The translations under genes and the position numbers were made by a program. The notes below the pieces were generated by a model, which ran no database searches, was not told the origin of the DNA, and saw nothing but the letters and a program-made list of their open reading frames with translations. Source: Spirochaetaceae bacterium (GTDB lineage: Bacteria > Spirochaetota > Spirochaetia > DSM-27196 > SLAA01). Taken from it: a stretch of 64,000 bases of DNA. Positions within the stretch are counted from its first letter, which is position 1; each line of letters opens with the position of its first letter. This document shows positions 1 through 8,927 of the stretch, piece by piece. Where the stretch lies: positions 12,270-76,269 of the forward strand of contig REEM01000100.1 of NCBI GenBank assembly GCA_007695055.1, read 5' to 3'.

Positions 1-2942
1 AGTGAACTCAGCAGTTCCCGAAAACGCTGCATAGGATGGCCCGCAGTGCTATGGCCGGTAGACTCGTAGTCCCAGAGGATCTGTTCCTCCGGGCCCGGAA
101 CATCAAACTCTGGTGAGGGCTGCTCAAATCCACGGAGCAGTGTATGGAGAGAATCCTGTGAGCTGTGCTGATGCGAGGCCGCCTCTGTCGTGTGGGCCTC
201 CTGCTCATGGTGACGCGCGCCACCTCGCCAGACCGCGCGCCGTCGGTTGGACTCAAGTAGGTCAAGGGCCCCCGCCTCGGCAAACAGCTCTACCGCTGCA
301 GCCGAGAGTCCAATCTCGGACTGTAACTCTGCTGGAGTTAGAGTCCCAACATTTTGCCGCCGCCTGAAGTCTTCAAGACGCTCATACTCGCGCTGTCCAA
401 AACCCTTGAGGTACCGAAAGCCCATGCGCACCGCAAAGCTGCCGTCCGGTTGGGGTGCAAGCAGACAGTCCCAGTCACTGTGCACAATACATAAGGGCAA
501 CATATCCACGCCATGGCGCCGGGCGTCCTCTACAATAGTCGCCGGAGAGTAGAATCCCATGGGCCAGGCATTCAGCAGGGCACAGGTAAAGACAACCGGA
601 TGGCGGGCTCGCAGCCAGGCAGTGGCATAGGCAATAAGTGCAAAGCCCGCGGCATGACTCTCGGGGAATCCGTACTCGCCAAAGCCACGGATCTGGTCAA
701 ACACCTGCTCGGCGAATCGTGGTTCAATTCCTTTGGCGCTCATGCGCCCGACAATGCGGTCATGGTGGCGCTCTATGACCCCGTGCCGTCGCCAGGCCGC
801 CATGTCGCGCCGGAGTTGATCCGCCTCTCCGGGCGTGTAGTCGGCCGCAATCATAGCAACTCTCATGACCTGTTCCTGAAAAATTGGCACCCCAAGTGTA
901 CGCTCAAGCACCGGGATTAGTGCAGAGTGTGGGTAACTCAGCTCCTCCTCTCCGGCCCGCCGCTTGAGATATGGATGCACCATACCACCGGCGATAGGCC
1001 CAGGCCGCACTATACTTATCTCAATGACCAAGTCGTAGAAACGCCTCGGGAGCAGCCGCGGCAGCATTGCCATCTGGGCCCGGCTTTCAAGTTGAAACAC
1101 ACCGACCGTGTCTGCACGGTGCAGCATTTCATAGACCGCCGGATCGTCGACTGGGATGCTGGCCATGGAAACATCGACCCCAAGATGTCGATGCAGGAGT
1201 TCAAAGCCCATACGCAAATGCGTGAGCGCCCCAAGCCCCAGGAGGTCCACCTTAAAGAGATTCATTTCCTCGATATCGTACTTGTCCCACTGAATGACGG
1301 TACGCCCGGGCATACGTCCGTTCTCCACCGGCACAATGCTTGCCACCTCCTCGGCTCCTAAGAGAAATCCGCCGGGATGGATGGAGAGGTGGCGGGGAAC
1401 GTCACAGAGTTGCTCGGCCAGTTCGCGCAGCAGCAGGTACGGTGGCTTGTCATAGGCTAGCCCGGCATCACGCAGCGCCGGTTCTATGGACTCAGAGCGA
1501 TGTCCCAACAGGCGTGCCGCACGTTCAATATGCAGCGGCGGTATATCAAGCACCTTGCCGACATCACGCAAGGCCGACTTTGGCCGGTACCGAATAGTGT
1601 TGGCAACCATGGCCGCGTGCCGTCGCCCATAGCGCTTATATACATAGGTGATCACCTCCTCGCGTCGCTGGTGTTCTATATCTAGATCGATGTCCGGCGG
1701 CTCGGCCCGTTCACGTGAAAGAAAGCGCTCAAACAGCAACTGCATGCGCACCGGATCTACCGCAGTTATGCCCAGGCTGTAACACACTACCGAGTTGGCA
1801 GCCGAGCCGCGTCCCTGGCAGAGAATTTCCTGGGAACGACAGAAGGCCACAATCTCGTACATCGTGAGGAAGTACCCCTCGTAGCGCAACTCGCGAATGA
1901 GCGACAGCTCCTTTTCAAGCTGAAGCCGCACCGCCTCTGGTATAACCTCACCATAGCGCTCATGCGCACCATGACGGCACAACTCACGTAGTCTGCCCTC
2001 GCGGCTGTAGCCTTCAGGGATTGGCTCCTCCGGGTAACGGTACTCCAGCATCTCCAAGCCGAACTCAGCACGCTCAAGAAGCTCTAGTCCGTTGCTGAGC
2101 GCCTCGGGTATGTCCCGGTAGCGTCGGCGCATGTGAGCCGGGTGCGGAAGAGAATAGCGGTTGTTGGGCCGCAGCCGGGTGCCAGCCTCGCTCAGCTTCA
2201 CGCCATGGCGGATGCTTGTCAGGACGTCTTGTAGGCGCTGCCGGTCGGGATGATGATACAGCACCTCAGGTGTGGCCACGATGCGCAGTTGGTAACGCTT
2301 GGACAGATCTGCCAACAGGAAATGTCGGCGGCGATCCTCCGGGATCTCATGGCGTACTGCACCAAGAAAGAGCTGTGCTCGACCAAAGGCAGGAAACAGG
2401 AGTTCCACTAGGCCGGTGGCCGTGTCATTCAGCACCGGCACCACGAGCATAACAGCACCGGCACCCGTGACCGATGGCTGGAACTCAAGGATATCTTCTG
2501 GCTCCAGGAGGCTTTCACCCTTTGGTCTGCGTGACCGGCCGCGGGTAATGAGACGAGAAAGACTCCCATACCCAGCGCGGTCAAGCGCGTACATAAGTAC
2601 AACCCGGCCGCCTGACAGGCTCAGCTGCGCCCCATGCAGAAGTTGAACCCCGTGTTCACGGGCCGCCACATGCGCCCGCACCGCGCCATACAGTCCGTCC
2701 CGTTCGCTGAGTGCAATTCCCGGCAAACCATAGCCAGCGGCTGCCGCTACAAGTTCATCTGGCGAGGAGGCGCCCTCAAGAAAGGAGTAGTAGGACTTAC
2801 ACCACAGCGGTAGGTAGCTGGCGCTGGCGCCGGGGTCGCGGGTGTCGCGGTCGCTGGCATCGCGGGCATCGCTGGCGCCGTGGTCGCGGGTGTCACGACC
2901 ATTTGCGGCGCGGACAGCAGCCGCATCTTCAGAGGCCGCCAT
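1..2942 (-). CDS. dnaE2: Error-prone DNA polymerase III alpha subunit DnaE2 (ImuC); N-terminal ~980 codons, 3' end beyond left window edge
   Basis: Missing from the ORF track because no stop lies in the window. My translation of the minus strand from ATG 2942..2940 gives MAASEDAAAVRAANGRDTRD...SYLPLWCKSYYSFLEGASSPDELVAAAAGYGLPGIALSERDGLYGAVRAHVAAREHGVQLLHGAQL (PHP domain). Later it reads EGYFLTMYEIVAFCRSQEILCQGRGSAANSVVCYSLGITAVDP (codon start 1880) and VFQLESRAQMAMLPRL (codon start 1100), all in the same frame. No minus-strand ORF is reported in that frame, consistent with one uninterrupted reading frame. It lies downstream of imuB. Confidence 0.9.
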   Translation of the reverse strand, partial: MAASEDAAAVRAANGRDTRDHGASDARDASDRDTRDPGASASYLPLWCKSYYSFLEGASSPDELVAAAAGYGLPGIALSERDGLYGAVRAHVAAREHGVQLLHGAQLSLSGGRVVLMYALDRAGYGSLSRLITRGRSRRPKGESLLEPEDILEFQPSVTGAGAVMLVVPVLNDTATGLVELLFPAFGRAQLFLGAVRHEIPEDRRRHFLLADLSKRYQLRIVATPEVLYHHPDRQRLQDVLTSIRHGVKLSEAGTRLRPNNRYSLPHPAHMRRRYRDIPEALSNGLELLERAEFGLEMLEYRYPEEPIPEGYSREGRLRELCRHGAHERYGEVIPEAVRLQLEKELSLIRELRYEGYFLTMYEIVAFCRSQEILCQGRGSAANSVVCYSLGITAVDPVRMQLLFERFLSRERAEPPDIDLDIEHQRREEVITYVYKRYGRRHAAMVANTIRYRPKSALRDVGKVLDIPPLHIERAARLLGHRSESIEPALRDAGLAYDKPPYLLLRELAEQLCDVPRHLSIHPGGFLLGAEEVASIVPVENGRMPGRTVIQWDKYDIEEMNLFKVDLLGLGALTHLRMGFELLHRHLGVDVSMASIPVDDPAVYEMLHRADTVGVFQLESRAQMAMLPRLLPRRFYDLVIEISIVRPGPIAGGMVHPYLKRRAGEEELSYPHSALIPVLERTLGVPIFQEQVMRVAMIAADYTPGEADQLRRDMAAWRRHGVIERHHDRIVGRMSAKGIEPRFAEQVFDQIRGFGEYGFPESHAAGFALIAYATAWLRARHPVVFTCALLNAWPMGFYSPATIVEDARRHGVDMLPLCIVHSDWDCLLAPQPDGSFAVRMGFRYLKGFGQREYERLEDFRRRQNVGTLTPAELQSEIGLSAAAVELFAEAGALDLLESNRRRAVWRGGARHHEQEAHTTEAASHQHSSQDSLHTLLRGFEQPSPEFDVPGPEEQILWDYESTGHSTAGHPMQRFRELLSS

Positions 2943-4371
2943 GCAACATCCAGCTCCGACTGTGTGCGTCAAAGTAAACCCAGAGTAGCCGTTGCCGCTG
3001 GCCATGAAGGTAGTAGTAACAACGCGGCGCGACCTCATGCCACCACTCGGTAGAAATGATGTAGGGCCCGCCAGCAGCGGAGGCGGTGCCCGCGGTGGGG
3101 CCAGTACCGCCAAAGGGCCGAGGCTCGGCAAACAAACGGCGTACCACACATGGCTGCGGCTGCGAGTTTCCCGGAGCCGCCGAGCTGAGTTGTTTTTCAA
3201 GACGCCACCGGAACTTCTTCTCAGGCAGATGGGAGTCGGCCGGGTGCGCAAAGCGTACCGCGCTCTCACCGAATCGGGCACGCAAAAAACTGTAGGCCCG
3301 TTCCTCAGCCACGGCGCTACGACCGTGTGTACGAGGGAACAGCTCTAGTGAGTGTTGCCTCCCCAAACGAAACTCACCCTCCAACACAAAGGCCTGTACC
3401 GGCGAGGGGAACTCAACACCGTCCAGCCGCAAGCGTACCAAACGCTCGAATAGTTTGGGGTCACACCCGGCCTCGGCTGGCCGCACACACTCCTGCCGCA
3501 CCGAACTGTCCTCAAACTCAAGGCTAAGAACAAGCGCCAGCACCAACTCACCTCGCCCAACCGCCGCCTCAAGGAACGCACTCATATGCGGGTACAGCTC
3601 CGCATACAGCGACTCCAAACGCCGGGCCGGAGCCGCCAGCACACACCGCAGTCGCCGCTCGGCCGCCTCCTCACACGGCAGCACCGGCAGGTTCTCACGC
3701 TCGGCCGCCAAGCGATACGCGGCTCCGGCCCGGCGCCCAAAACGCAGCTCAACCTCCTTCTCAGGCAGCCGCAAGAAATCCCCAATGCTGCGCACCGCCA
3801 GCCGCTCAAGCCGCCGCCGCTGCAGGGCCTCCAGGCCCAGCACATCCAGCCCCACCGCGCGCACCGCACGCCGCTCCGCCGCCGCCGAAACTGCCCCCAA
3901 CTCCAACCCACGTTTAGCGGCAACATATGCACCGAAATGTGAGTGGCCTGCGGCCACGGCGGCCGTCCACCCAGCGTCAGCAAGCCGTTCCCGCACCGCC
4001 GTGCAGTACCCGGCCACCCCGTTGTATGGCCGCAACAGTCCGCGGGTACTGAGCCAGTACACCCCGTGCTCCTCTGCATGCCGCTCTACGTAGTCGCTTA
4101 AACGGTACAGCACCGAAAGCAGCTGTTCATGTGCAGCCGCAAGCCGCTCCGGTTGCAACAGCTCCACATACAGGGCTGGGGCACGCGTAAGCGCTGCGCC
4201 GTAGCGGAGTCCAACCTCTATGCCAAGATCGGCCGCTGCTCTATTGCGCTCACGAATGGAGAGACCTTTTTCATCTACTACCGCCGCCGGAACATTCCGC
4301 AACTGCGGCTCGCGTTGAATGAGCAGCTGCAGAGCTGGCGCTGGCAAACTAATACAAACCATCAGGGCCAT
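2929..4371 (-). CDS. imuB: ImuB, Y-family-polymerase-like subunit of the imuA-imuB-dnaE2 cassette
   Basis: 480-aa ORF with a UmuC/DinB-like N-terminus (MALMVCISLPAPALQLLIQREPQLRNVPAAVVDEKG...). It sits between the imuA-like gene and dnaE2. It overlaps imuA by 23 nt and the dnaE2 start by 14 nt. Confidence 0.8.
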   Translation of the reverse strand: MALMVCISLPAPALQLLIQREPQLRNVPAAVVDEKGLSIRERNRAAADLGIEVGLRYGAALTRAPALYVELLQPERLAAAHEQLLSVLYRLSDYVERHAEEHGVYWLSTRGLLRPYNGVAGYCTAVRERLADAGWTAAVAAGHSHFGAYVAAKRGLELGAVSAAAERRAVRAVGLDVLGLEALQRRRLERLAVRSIGDFLRLPEKEVELRFGRRAGAAYRLAAERENLPVLPCEEAAERRLRCVLAAPARRLESLYAELYPHMSAFLEAAVGRGELVLALVLSLEFEDSSVRQECVRPAEAGCDPKLFERLVRLRLDGVEFPSPVQAFVLEGEFRLGRQHSLELFPRTHGRSAVAEERAYSFLRARFGESAVRFAHPADSHLPEKKFRWRLEKQLSSAAPGNSQPQPCVVRRLFAEPRPFGGTGPTAGTASAAGGPYIISTEWWHEVAPRCYYYLHGQRQRLLWVYFDAHSRSWMLHGGL

Positions 4372-4942
4372 GAAGCACCCTCGTGGTGTGAGTCCGAGTG
4401 AAGCTATGTTTGTCTTTCAGAACCTGCAGTTCCAACAGAAAGCTACCGTCTTTAAGTGGCTGCCTCTCCACCGCTATGCGCAGGGATACCAATGGGCCGC
4501 CGGGATAGTGCTCGGCGTTGTCACAGAGCAGGAGCACCGCACAGCCATGACGCTCGGCAATGCGAGCAAGACGTGCAGGGGCACTTTCACGCAGCTCTTG
4601 AGCTGGCGGGAGATCTAGGACAATGAACCCAAAGGCCTCGGAGCGGAGACAAATTTCGGCCGCCTCAAAAGCAGCTCGTACATCATTGACCTGAACAAAG
4701 GGAAGCACACCGCAGTGGACACCACAGCATGACAGGTCGGGAGGATACACCGGTGCCGCATGGGCACTGATCCAGACCGGTGTTTCCTGTGCAGCCTGGG
4801 CCTCAACAAGCAAGGAGCCAGCATAACTCAGCGCACCAAGTCCACCTACAACAGCAAGCCGACCGCGAAACCACGGAAAGGAAAAAACGGAGGTGCTGTC
4901 CGATGGAGCGGACGCTTCAAGGTCGGAGGCGCGGAGTAACAT
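4349..4942 (-). CDS. imuA: ImuA, RecA/SulA-fold-like first gene of the mutagenesis cassette
   Basis: 197-aa ORF immediately upstream of imuB and overlapping it. The size and position are typical of ImuA. The call rests mainly on synteny. Confidence 0.65.
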   Translation of the reverse strand: MLLRASDLEASAPSDSTSVFSFPWFRGRLAVVGGLGALSYAGSLLVEAQAAQETPVWISAHAAPVYPPDLSCCGVHCGVLPFVQVNDVRAAFEAAEICLRSEAFGFIVLDLPPAQELRESAPARLARIAERHGCAVLLLCDNAEHYPGGPLVSLRIAVERQPLKDGSFLLELQVLKDKHSFTRTHTTRVLHGPDGLY

Positions 4943-4948
4943 TCCTGA

Positions 4949-4977
4949 ATTATACTAAACAGATGTATAGTAATCAA
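4949..4977 (-). promoter_or_regulatory. Sigma-70-type promoter of imuA (TTGATT-17 nt-TATAAT), predicted leaderless transcript
   Basis: Minus strand reads TTGATT (4977..4972), a 17-nt spacer, then TATAAT (4954..4949). Only 6 nt (TCAGGA) separate the -10 box from the imuA ATG at 4942, and there is no properly spaced SD. Confidence 0.5.
4953..4972. promoter_or_regulatory. Candidate SOS/LexA-type operator (20-bp imperfect palindrome) in the imuA promoter spacer
   Basis: The site is TACTAAACAG|ATGTATAGTA. The arms TACTAAACA and TACTATACA are 8/9 complementary. It has the same length and the same TACT...AGTA ends as the gamma-proteobacterial SOS box, and it fills the -35/-10 spacer exactly. Confidence 0.45.
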
Positions 4978-5017
4978 GTTGGAATCTACTCCGCCCTCGC
5001 GAATACATCGACCTTAG

Positions 5018-5320
5018 CTAGAGCTCGTAATCTACCACCGCTCGTCCTGAGACGACCGACTTTACGAACTCGGCAGCCGCCACATGGTCCGGATGCTTTT
5101 GGTAAGACTCAAGCCCAGCGCGGCTCTCAAACTCGCTATACAACGCCACATCATAGGCTGCGTCACTTGGATTGAAGTTAATGCCGACCTCGAGGGCAAC
5201 AATTCCGGGGACTGTCTCGCACAGCTCCTCAAGTACGGCCTTCATTCGGCGTGCGTTCTCGGAAGCGGTTGACCCATCTACCTCCGGCTTAAGTTTCCAG
5301 AAAACAATATGCTTGACCAT
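5018..5320 (-). CDS. Dabb (stress-responsive alpha/beta-barrel) domain protein
   Basis: 100-aa ORF MVKHIVFWKLKPEV...ESYQKHPDHVAAAEFVKSVVSGRAVVDYEL, the typical Dabb family pattern. A GAGGAGG RBS lies 5 nt upstream of the start. Confidence 0.75.
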   Translation of the reverse strand: MVKHIVFWKLKPEVDGSTASENARRMKAVLEELCETVPGIVALEVGINFNPSDAAYDVALYSEFESRAGLESYQKHPDHVAAAEFVKSVVSGRAVVDYEL

Positions 5321-5342
5321 GTATCCTCCTCACGTTCTGTTC

Positions 5343-5358
5343 CTGTATGTTAGCACAG
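5343..5358. promoter_or_regulatory. CTGT-N8-ACAG palindrome upstream of the Dabb gene (second candidate SOS-box-like site)
   Basis: CTGTATGTTAGCACAG lies 23-38 nt upstream of the Dabb ATG. It is a perfect match to the CTGT-N8-ACAG core. Confidence 0.35.
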
Positions 5359-5393
5359 GACCGCCCAGCCGGGCGCAGAGTTTTGCCGCAGGT

Positions 5394-7406
5394 CTAGAGT
5401 ACGACCAATGCGACAAATATCGGCCCAAAGATAACCGCAACCTTACCAACAAGTTTAATTAAAATATTCAAGGCGGGGCCAGCGGTGTCTTTAAAGGGGT
5501 CTCCCACCGTGTCACCAACAACCGAGGCCTTGTGCGCATCACTGCCCTTGCCACCATAGTTCCCAGCCTCAATGAACTTCTTGGCATTGTCCCATGCGCC
5601 ACCCGAGTTGGCCATCATTATTGCTAAGAGGAACCCGGTCACCAGTGATCCAATAAGCAGTCCGGCAACCGCCTCACCACCAAGGGTAAACCCAAGCACC
5701 AGAGGAACCACAAGTACCAGCAGCCCGGGAAGCATCATGGACTTAAGCGCGTGCTTCGTTGCGATATCGACACAGCGCACATAGTCCGGCTTGAAGTTGG
5801 TGTCGATATTTCCACCAGCGGCCTTAAACTGCCGTCGCACCTCGGCAACGATCTCGAAGGCTCCAAGCCCAACGCCGTTCATGGCAAGCGCACTAAAGAC
5901 AAAGGGCAGCAATCCACCAAGAAAGACTCCGGCAATGACCGGAACCGAGGCAATATCCGCTACTTCAATTCCCGCGACCTGAAAATAGGTTGCAACCCAG
6001 GCCAAGGCCGCCAAGGCCGCAGATCCTACCGAAAAACCCTTGCCCAACGCAGCCGTGGTGTTTCCTACCGCATCAAGCGCCTCACACCGTTCGCGCACAT
6101 CCTCTCCCATGTCCGCCATCTCTGCAATGCCAGCAGCGTTGTCGGCAATGGGGCCGTAGCAGTCCATGGAGAGCAGCAAGGCAATATTTATGAGCATTCC
6201 CAAGGCGGCAATAGCAATGCCAAAGAGATCTGCAAGAGCATATGAAGCAATGGTAGCCCCAACCACCAGCAGCACCGGGAATACGGTGCTCATCATACCC
6301 ACACCAAGTCCGTCAATGATTGTGACACCTGCGCCACTCTCGGCCGAACGAGCAATCCGTTGCGCGGGCTTGTGGTCGGCGGATGTATAGTACTGGGTGG
6401 AGAGACTAATGAGAAAGCCTGCAAGCAGCCCGGAGAACAAGGCCCAGAACAAAGCAAGCTCACCGACAAGAAACTGCACAATGAAATAGCCAGCAACAAT
6501 CATGAGTGCGTTGCCAACATACACCCCGGCGTTCATGGTCTTGTGAGCCTTCGCCACCTGTTCAGCAAAACCAAAGTTGCCGGGCTTGGGCCGAACAATG
6601 AGAACTCCTATGATAGAGGCAACAATACCTGCTGCCGCCAGGGCCAGGGGCAAGGATGTTCCCAGATCCTCTCCGAGCACCGCAACTCCCAAAACCATGG
6701 AGGCGGCAATGGCCGACACATAGGACTCAAACAGGTCACTGCCCATACCGGCAATATCACCAACGTTGTCACCAACGTTATCTGCAATGACGGCCGGGTT
6801 TCGCGGATCATCTTCTGGAATACCTGTCTCAACCTTTCCCACCAGATCGGCCCCAACGTCGGCACTCTTAGTAAATATTCCACCCCCGACGCGAAGAAAC
6901 AGAGCGACCGCCGAGGCCCCAAAAGCAAAGCTCAGGGTCACATGGTAGTCATTGAGAATAAGCACCAGCACGGTCAGCCCCAGAAGGCCAAGGCCAACTA
7001 CCGAGAACCCCATAACCGCCCCAGCTGAGTAGGCAATTTTCATGGCCTGATCCCAGCTTTTGGCAGCCGCGGTAGCAGTACGGCCGTTTGCACGGGTGCC
7101 TATAAACATACCAATAAAGGCCGCAGCACCGGCGGCTATGGTTCCCAAGAGGTACGCAATTGCCGACATTGGGCGTGGCGGCACAAAAAGCACCAAGATG
7201 ACACACATCACAACCGTGAATACGGCCAGCATCTGGAACTCTCGCCGCAAAAATACCGTTGCTCCTATCCTGATTTTCTTGGAGATGTCGCGAACAGCCG
7301 GGGTACCCTCCTTTTCTCTGAGAACACGTTGGACCAAAAACAGTACAAAAATGAGAGCCCCGACACCAACAGCAAGTATCAGGACCTGCAGAACCGTGTT
7401 GTTCAT
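5394..7406 (-). CDS. hppA: Membrane-bound H+/Na+-translocating pyrophosphatase, K+-dependent subtype
   Basis: 670 aa, polytopic. Motifs seen: [47 protein letters not shown] carries Ala (not Lys) at the K+-dependence determinant. Confidence 0.92.
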   Translation of the reverse strand: MNNTVLQVLILAVGVGALIFVLFLVQRVLREKEGTPAVRDISKKIRIGATVFLRREFQMLAVFTVVMCVILVLFVPPRPMSAIAYLLGTIAAGAAAFIGMFIGTRANGRTATAAAKSWDQAMKIAYSAGAVMGFSVVGLGLLGLTVLVLILNDYHVTLSFAFGASAVALFLRVGGGIFTKSADVGADLVGKVETGIPEDDPRNPAVIADNVGDNVGDIAGMGSDLFESYVSAIAASMVLGVAVLGEDLGTSLPLALAAAGIVASIIGVLIVRPKPGNFGFAEQVAKAHKTMNAGVYVGNALMIVAGYFIVQFLVGELALFWALFSGLLAGFLISLSTQYYTSADHKPAQRIARSAESGAGVTIIDGLGVGMMSTVFPVLLVVGATIASYALADLFGIAIAALGMLINIALLLSMDCYGPIADNAAGIAEMADMGEDVRERCEALDAVGNTTAALGKGFSVGSAALAALAWVATYFQVAGIEVADIASVPVIAGVFLGGLLPFVFSALAMNGVGLGAFEIVAEVRRQFKAAGGNIDTNFKPDYVRCVDIATKHALKSMMLPGLLVLVVPLVLGFTLGGEAVAGLLIGSLVTGFLLAIMMANSGGAWDNAKKFIEAGNYGGKGSDAHKASVVGDTVGDPFKDTAGPALNILIKLVGKVAVIFGPIFVALVVL

Positions 7407-7424
7407 GGCTAACTCCTTATCCTA

Positions 7425-7453
7425 AGTGTAGGTAGGCACTGCCGAGCCGTCAA
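7425..7453 (-). promoter_or_regulatory. Sigma-70-type promoter of hppA (TTGACG-17 nt-TACACT)
   Basis: Minus strand reads TTGACG (7453..7448), a 17-nt spacer, then TACACT (7430..7425). An AAGGAG RBS follows before the ATG at 7406. Confidence 0.5.
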
Positions 7454-7513
7454 CGTTTTTTCCTTCATCCGGCTGGGCGGGCTATTCAGCCGGAGTGTTT
7501 CACACTAAGATTA

Positions 7514-8911
7514 TTGATCATGATCATTCGTAACGCTTTTTTGGCTCTACCCTCTCAGGATGAACTTGTAGCGGGTGAGCTGCGAATTCAAGGTGGCAAA
7601 ATCACGGAAATTGGCGTTGGCCGGGCTCTCGAGACCCATGGAGAGGCGGAGATTATCAATGCCGAGGGGCTTGCGGTATTGCCCGGCGCTATAGATGCGC
7701 ATGTGCATTTCTTTGATCCGGGTTACACTCACAAAGAGGACTTCCTACACGGCAGTGGTGCCTCGGCCTCGGGCGGTGTAACAACCGTAGTTGACATGCC
7801 TGACACCTCGGAGCCAGCGGTCATAGACGCTCACTCGATACAGGAGAAGCTTAGCGTCGTCTCAGCCCAGTCACTGGTCGACTTTGGCTTTTTCGGCGGG
7901 ATCTCAGGACTGCTGTGTGACGAAGAGCTTCCACGGCGAGTTGCGGAAATGGCCCCGGAGGTACTAGGCATTAAGACCTATGCGACATCCGGCGCCGCCC
8001 ATTTCCCGCGTGTCTCTAACCACCAGTATTATAAGGTTCTCACAGAGACTCGGCGCCACAACTGCATTGTTCTGGTTCATGCCGAGGACTACGACTACGT
8101 CTCCGGCGCTACGCCCGAGGCACGAGCGCAGGGCGATGGAGGCATGGCATTTTACCTCTCCCGCCCCGAAGCTGCCGAGACACTGTCTGTGCTCACCGTC
8201 ACCGAGATTGCAGAAGAGCTTGGTGCGCCCATGCATATTGTCCACCTTGGAACCATTCGTGCGGCCGAGATTGTTGCCAAATGTCGCTTCGTGAGCGGAG
8301 AGACCTGTCCACAGTATCTTGAGTTTGACTGTAACGACTTCCAGCGAATAGGCGGAGCCCTCAAGATAACACCGCCGGTCAAGGGGCCGGAGAACAGAAG
8401 CGTGCTTTTGAAAATGCTGGCCGAGGGGCAGATTGACTTCATTGCCTCGGACCATGCGCCTGGCACCCGTGAGGAAAAGAACACCGGCTCAATCTGGACT
8501 GACTACGCAGGCATTCCGGGCGGGCCTACCCTCTTCCCCTACATTCTTTCCGAGGGTTACCTTTCGGGACTCATGGGGCTGCAGCGCTTTCTGGAGATCA
8601 CCTCCGGCAACCCGGCACGACGCTACCGCATTGCAGACCGCAAAGGTGCCATAGCCGTTGGACTCGACGCCGACCTGGTGTTCATTGATACCGCCGGTAG
8701 CAGTGTTGTTCGTGGTGAGGAGAGCTTCTCAAAGGGCAAGGTCACGCCGTTTGAGGGCAAGGAGCTTCGTGGCAAGGTACTGCGTACCATGGTGCGCGGC
8801 CGCACGGTGTTTCATTCCGAGCACGGTGTCATTGGCGAACCGGGTACCGGGCAGTTCCTCCGTCCCGACCCCAAGCTGCGGAGCGCGGGCGTACAGCCCT
8901 GGCGAGGTTGA
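7514..8911 (+). CDS. Cyclic amidohydrolase (allantoinase / hydantoinase / dihydroorotase family), first gene of the ygfK-ygeY-xdhD operon
   Basis: 465 aa. Metal-binding motif DAHVHF, a candidate carbamylated Lys in LGIKTY, then VHAED, ETCPQYL and ASDHAP. The start may be ATG 7520 rather than TTG 7514. Confidence 0.8.
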   Translation: MIMIIRNAFLALPSQDELVAGELRIQGGKITEIGVGRALETHGEAEIINAEGLAVLPGAIDAHVHFFDPGYTHKEDFLHGSGASASGGVTTVVDMPDTSEPAVIDAHSIQEKLSVVSAQSLVDFGFFGGISGLLCDEELPRRVAEMAPEVLGIKTYATSGAAHFPRVSNHQYYKVLTETRRHNCIVLVHAEDYDYVSGATPEARAQGDGGMAFYLSRPEAAETLSVLTVTEIAEELGAPMHIVHLGTIRAAEIVAKCRFVSGETCPQYLEFDCNDFQRIGGALKITPPVKGPENRSVLLKMLAEGQIDFIASDHAPGTREEKNTGSIWTDYAGIPGGPTLFPYILSEGYLSGLMGLQRFLEITSGNPARRYRIADRKGAIAVGLDADLVFIDTAGSSVVRGEESFSKGKVTPFEGKELRGKVLRTMVRGRTVFHSEHGVIGEPGTGQFLRPDPKLRSAGVQPWRG

Positions 8912-8927
8912 GTTGGTGGCCGAGTCT

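Noticed and set aside
7469-7493. CCGGCTG-11 nt-CAGCCGG hairpin in the hppA / amidohydrolase divergent region
   Set aside because: Both flanking genes start here, so it cannot terminate either. There is no U-tract and no recognisable riboswitch context. It is possibly a minor 5'-UTR structure, and the evidence is insufficient to call it.
8658-8927. 90-codon 5' extension of the ygfK ORF overlapping the end of the amidohydrolase gene
   Set aside because: The extension is an alternative-start artefact. The homologous YgfK N-terminus (MxPIPF..) begins at ATG 8928, just after the upstream stop.
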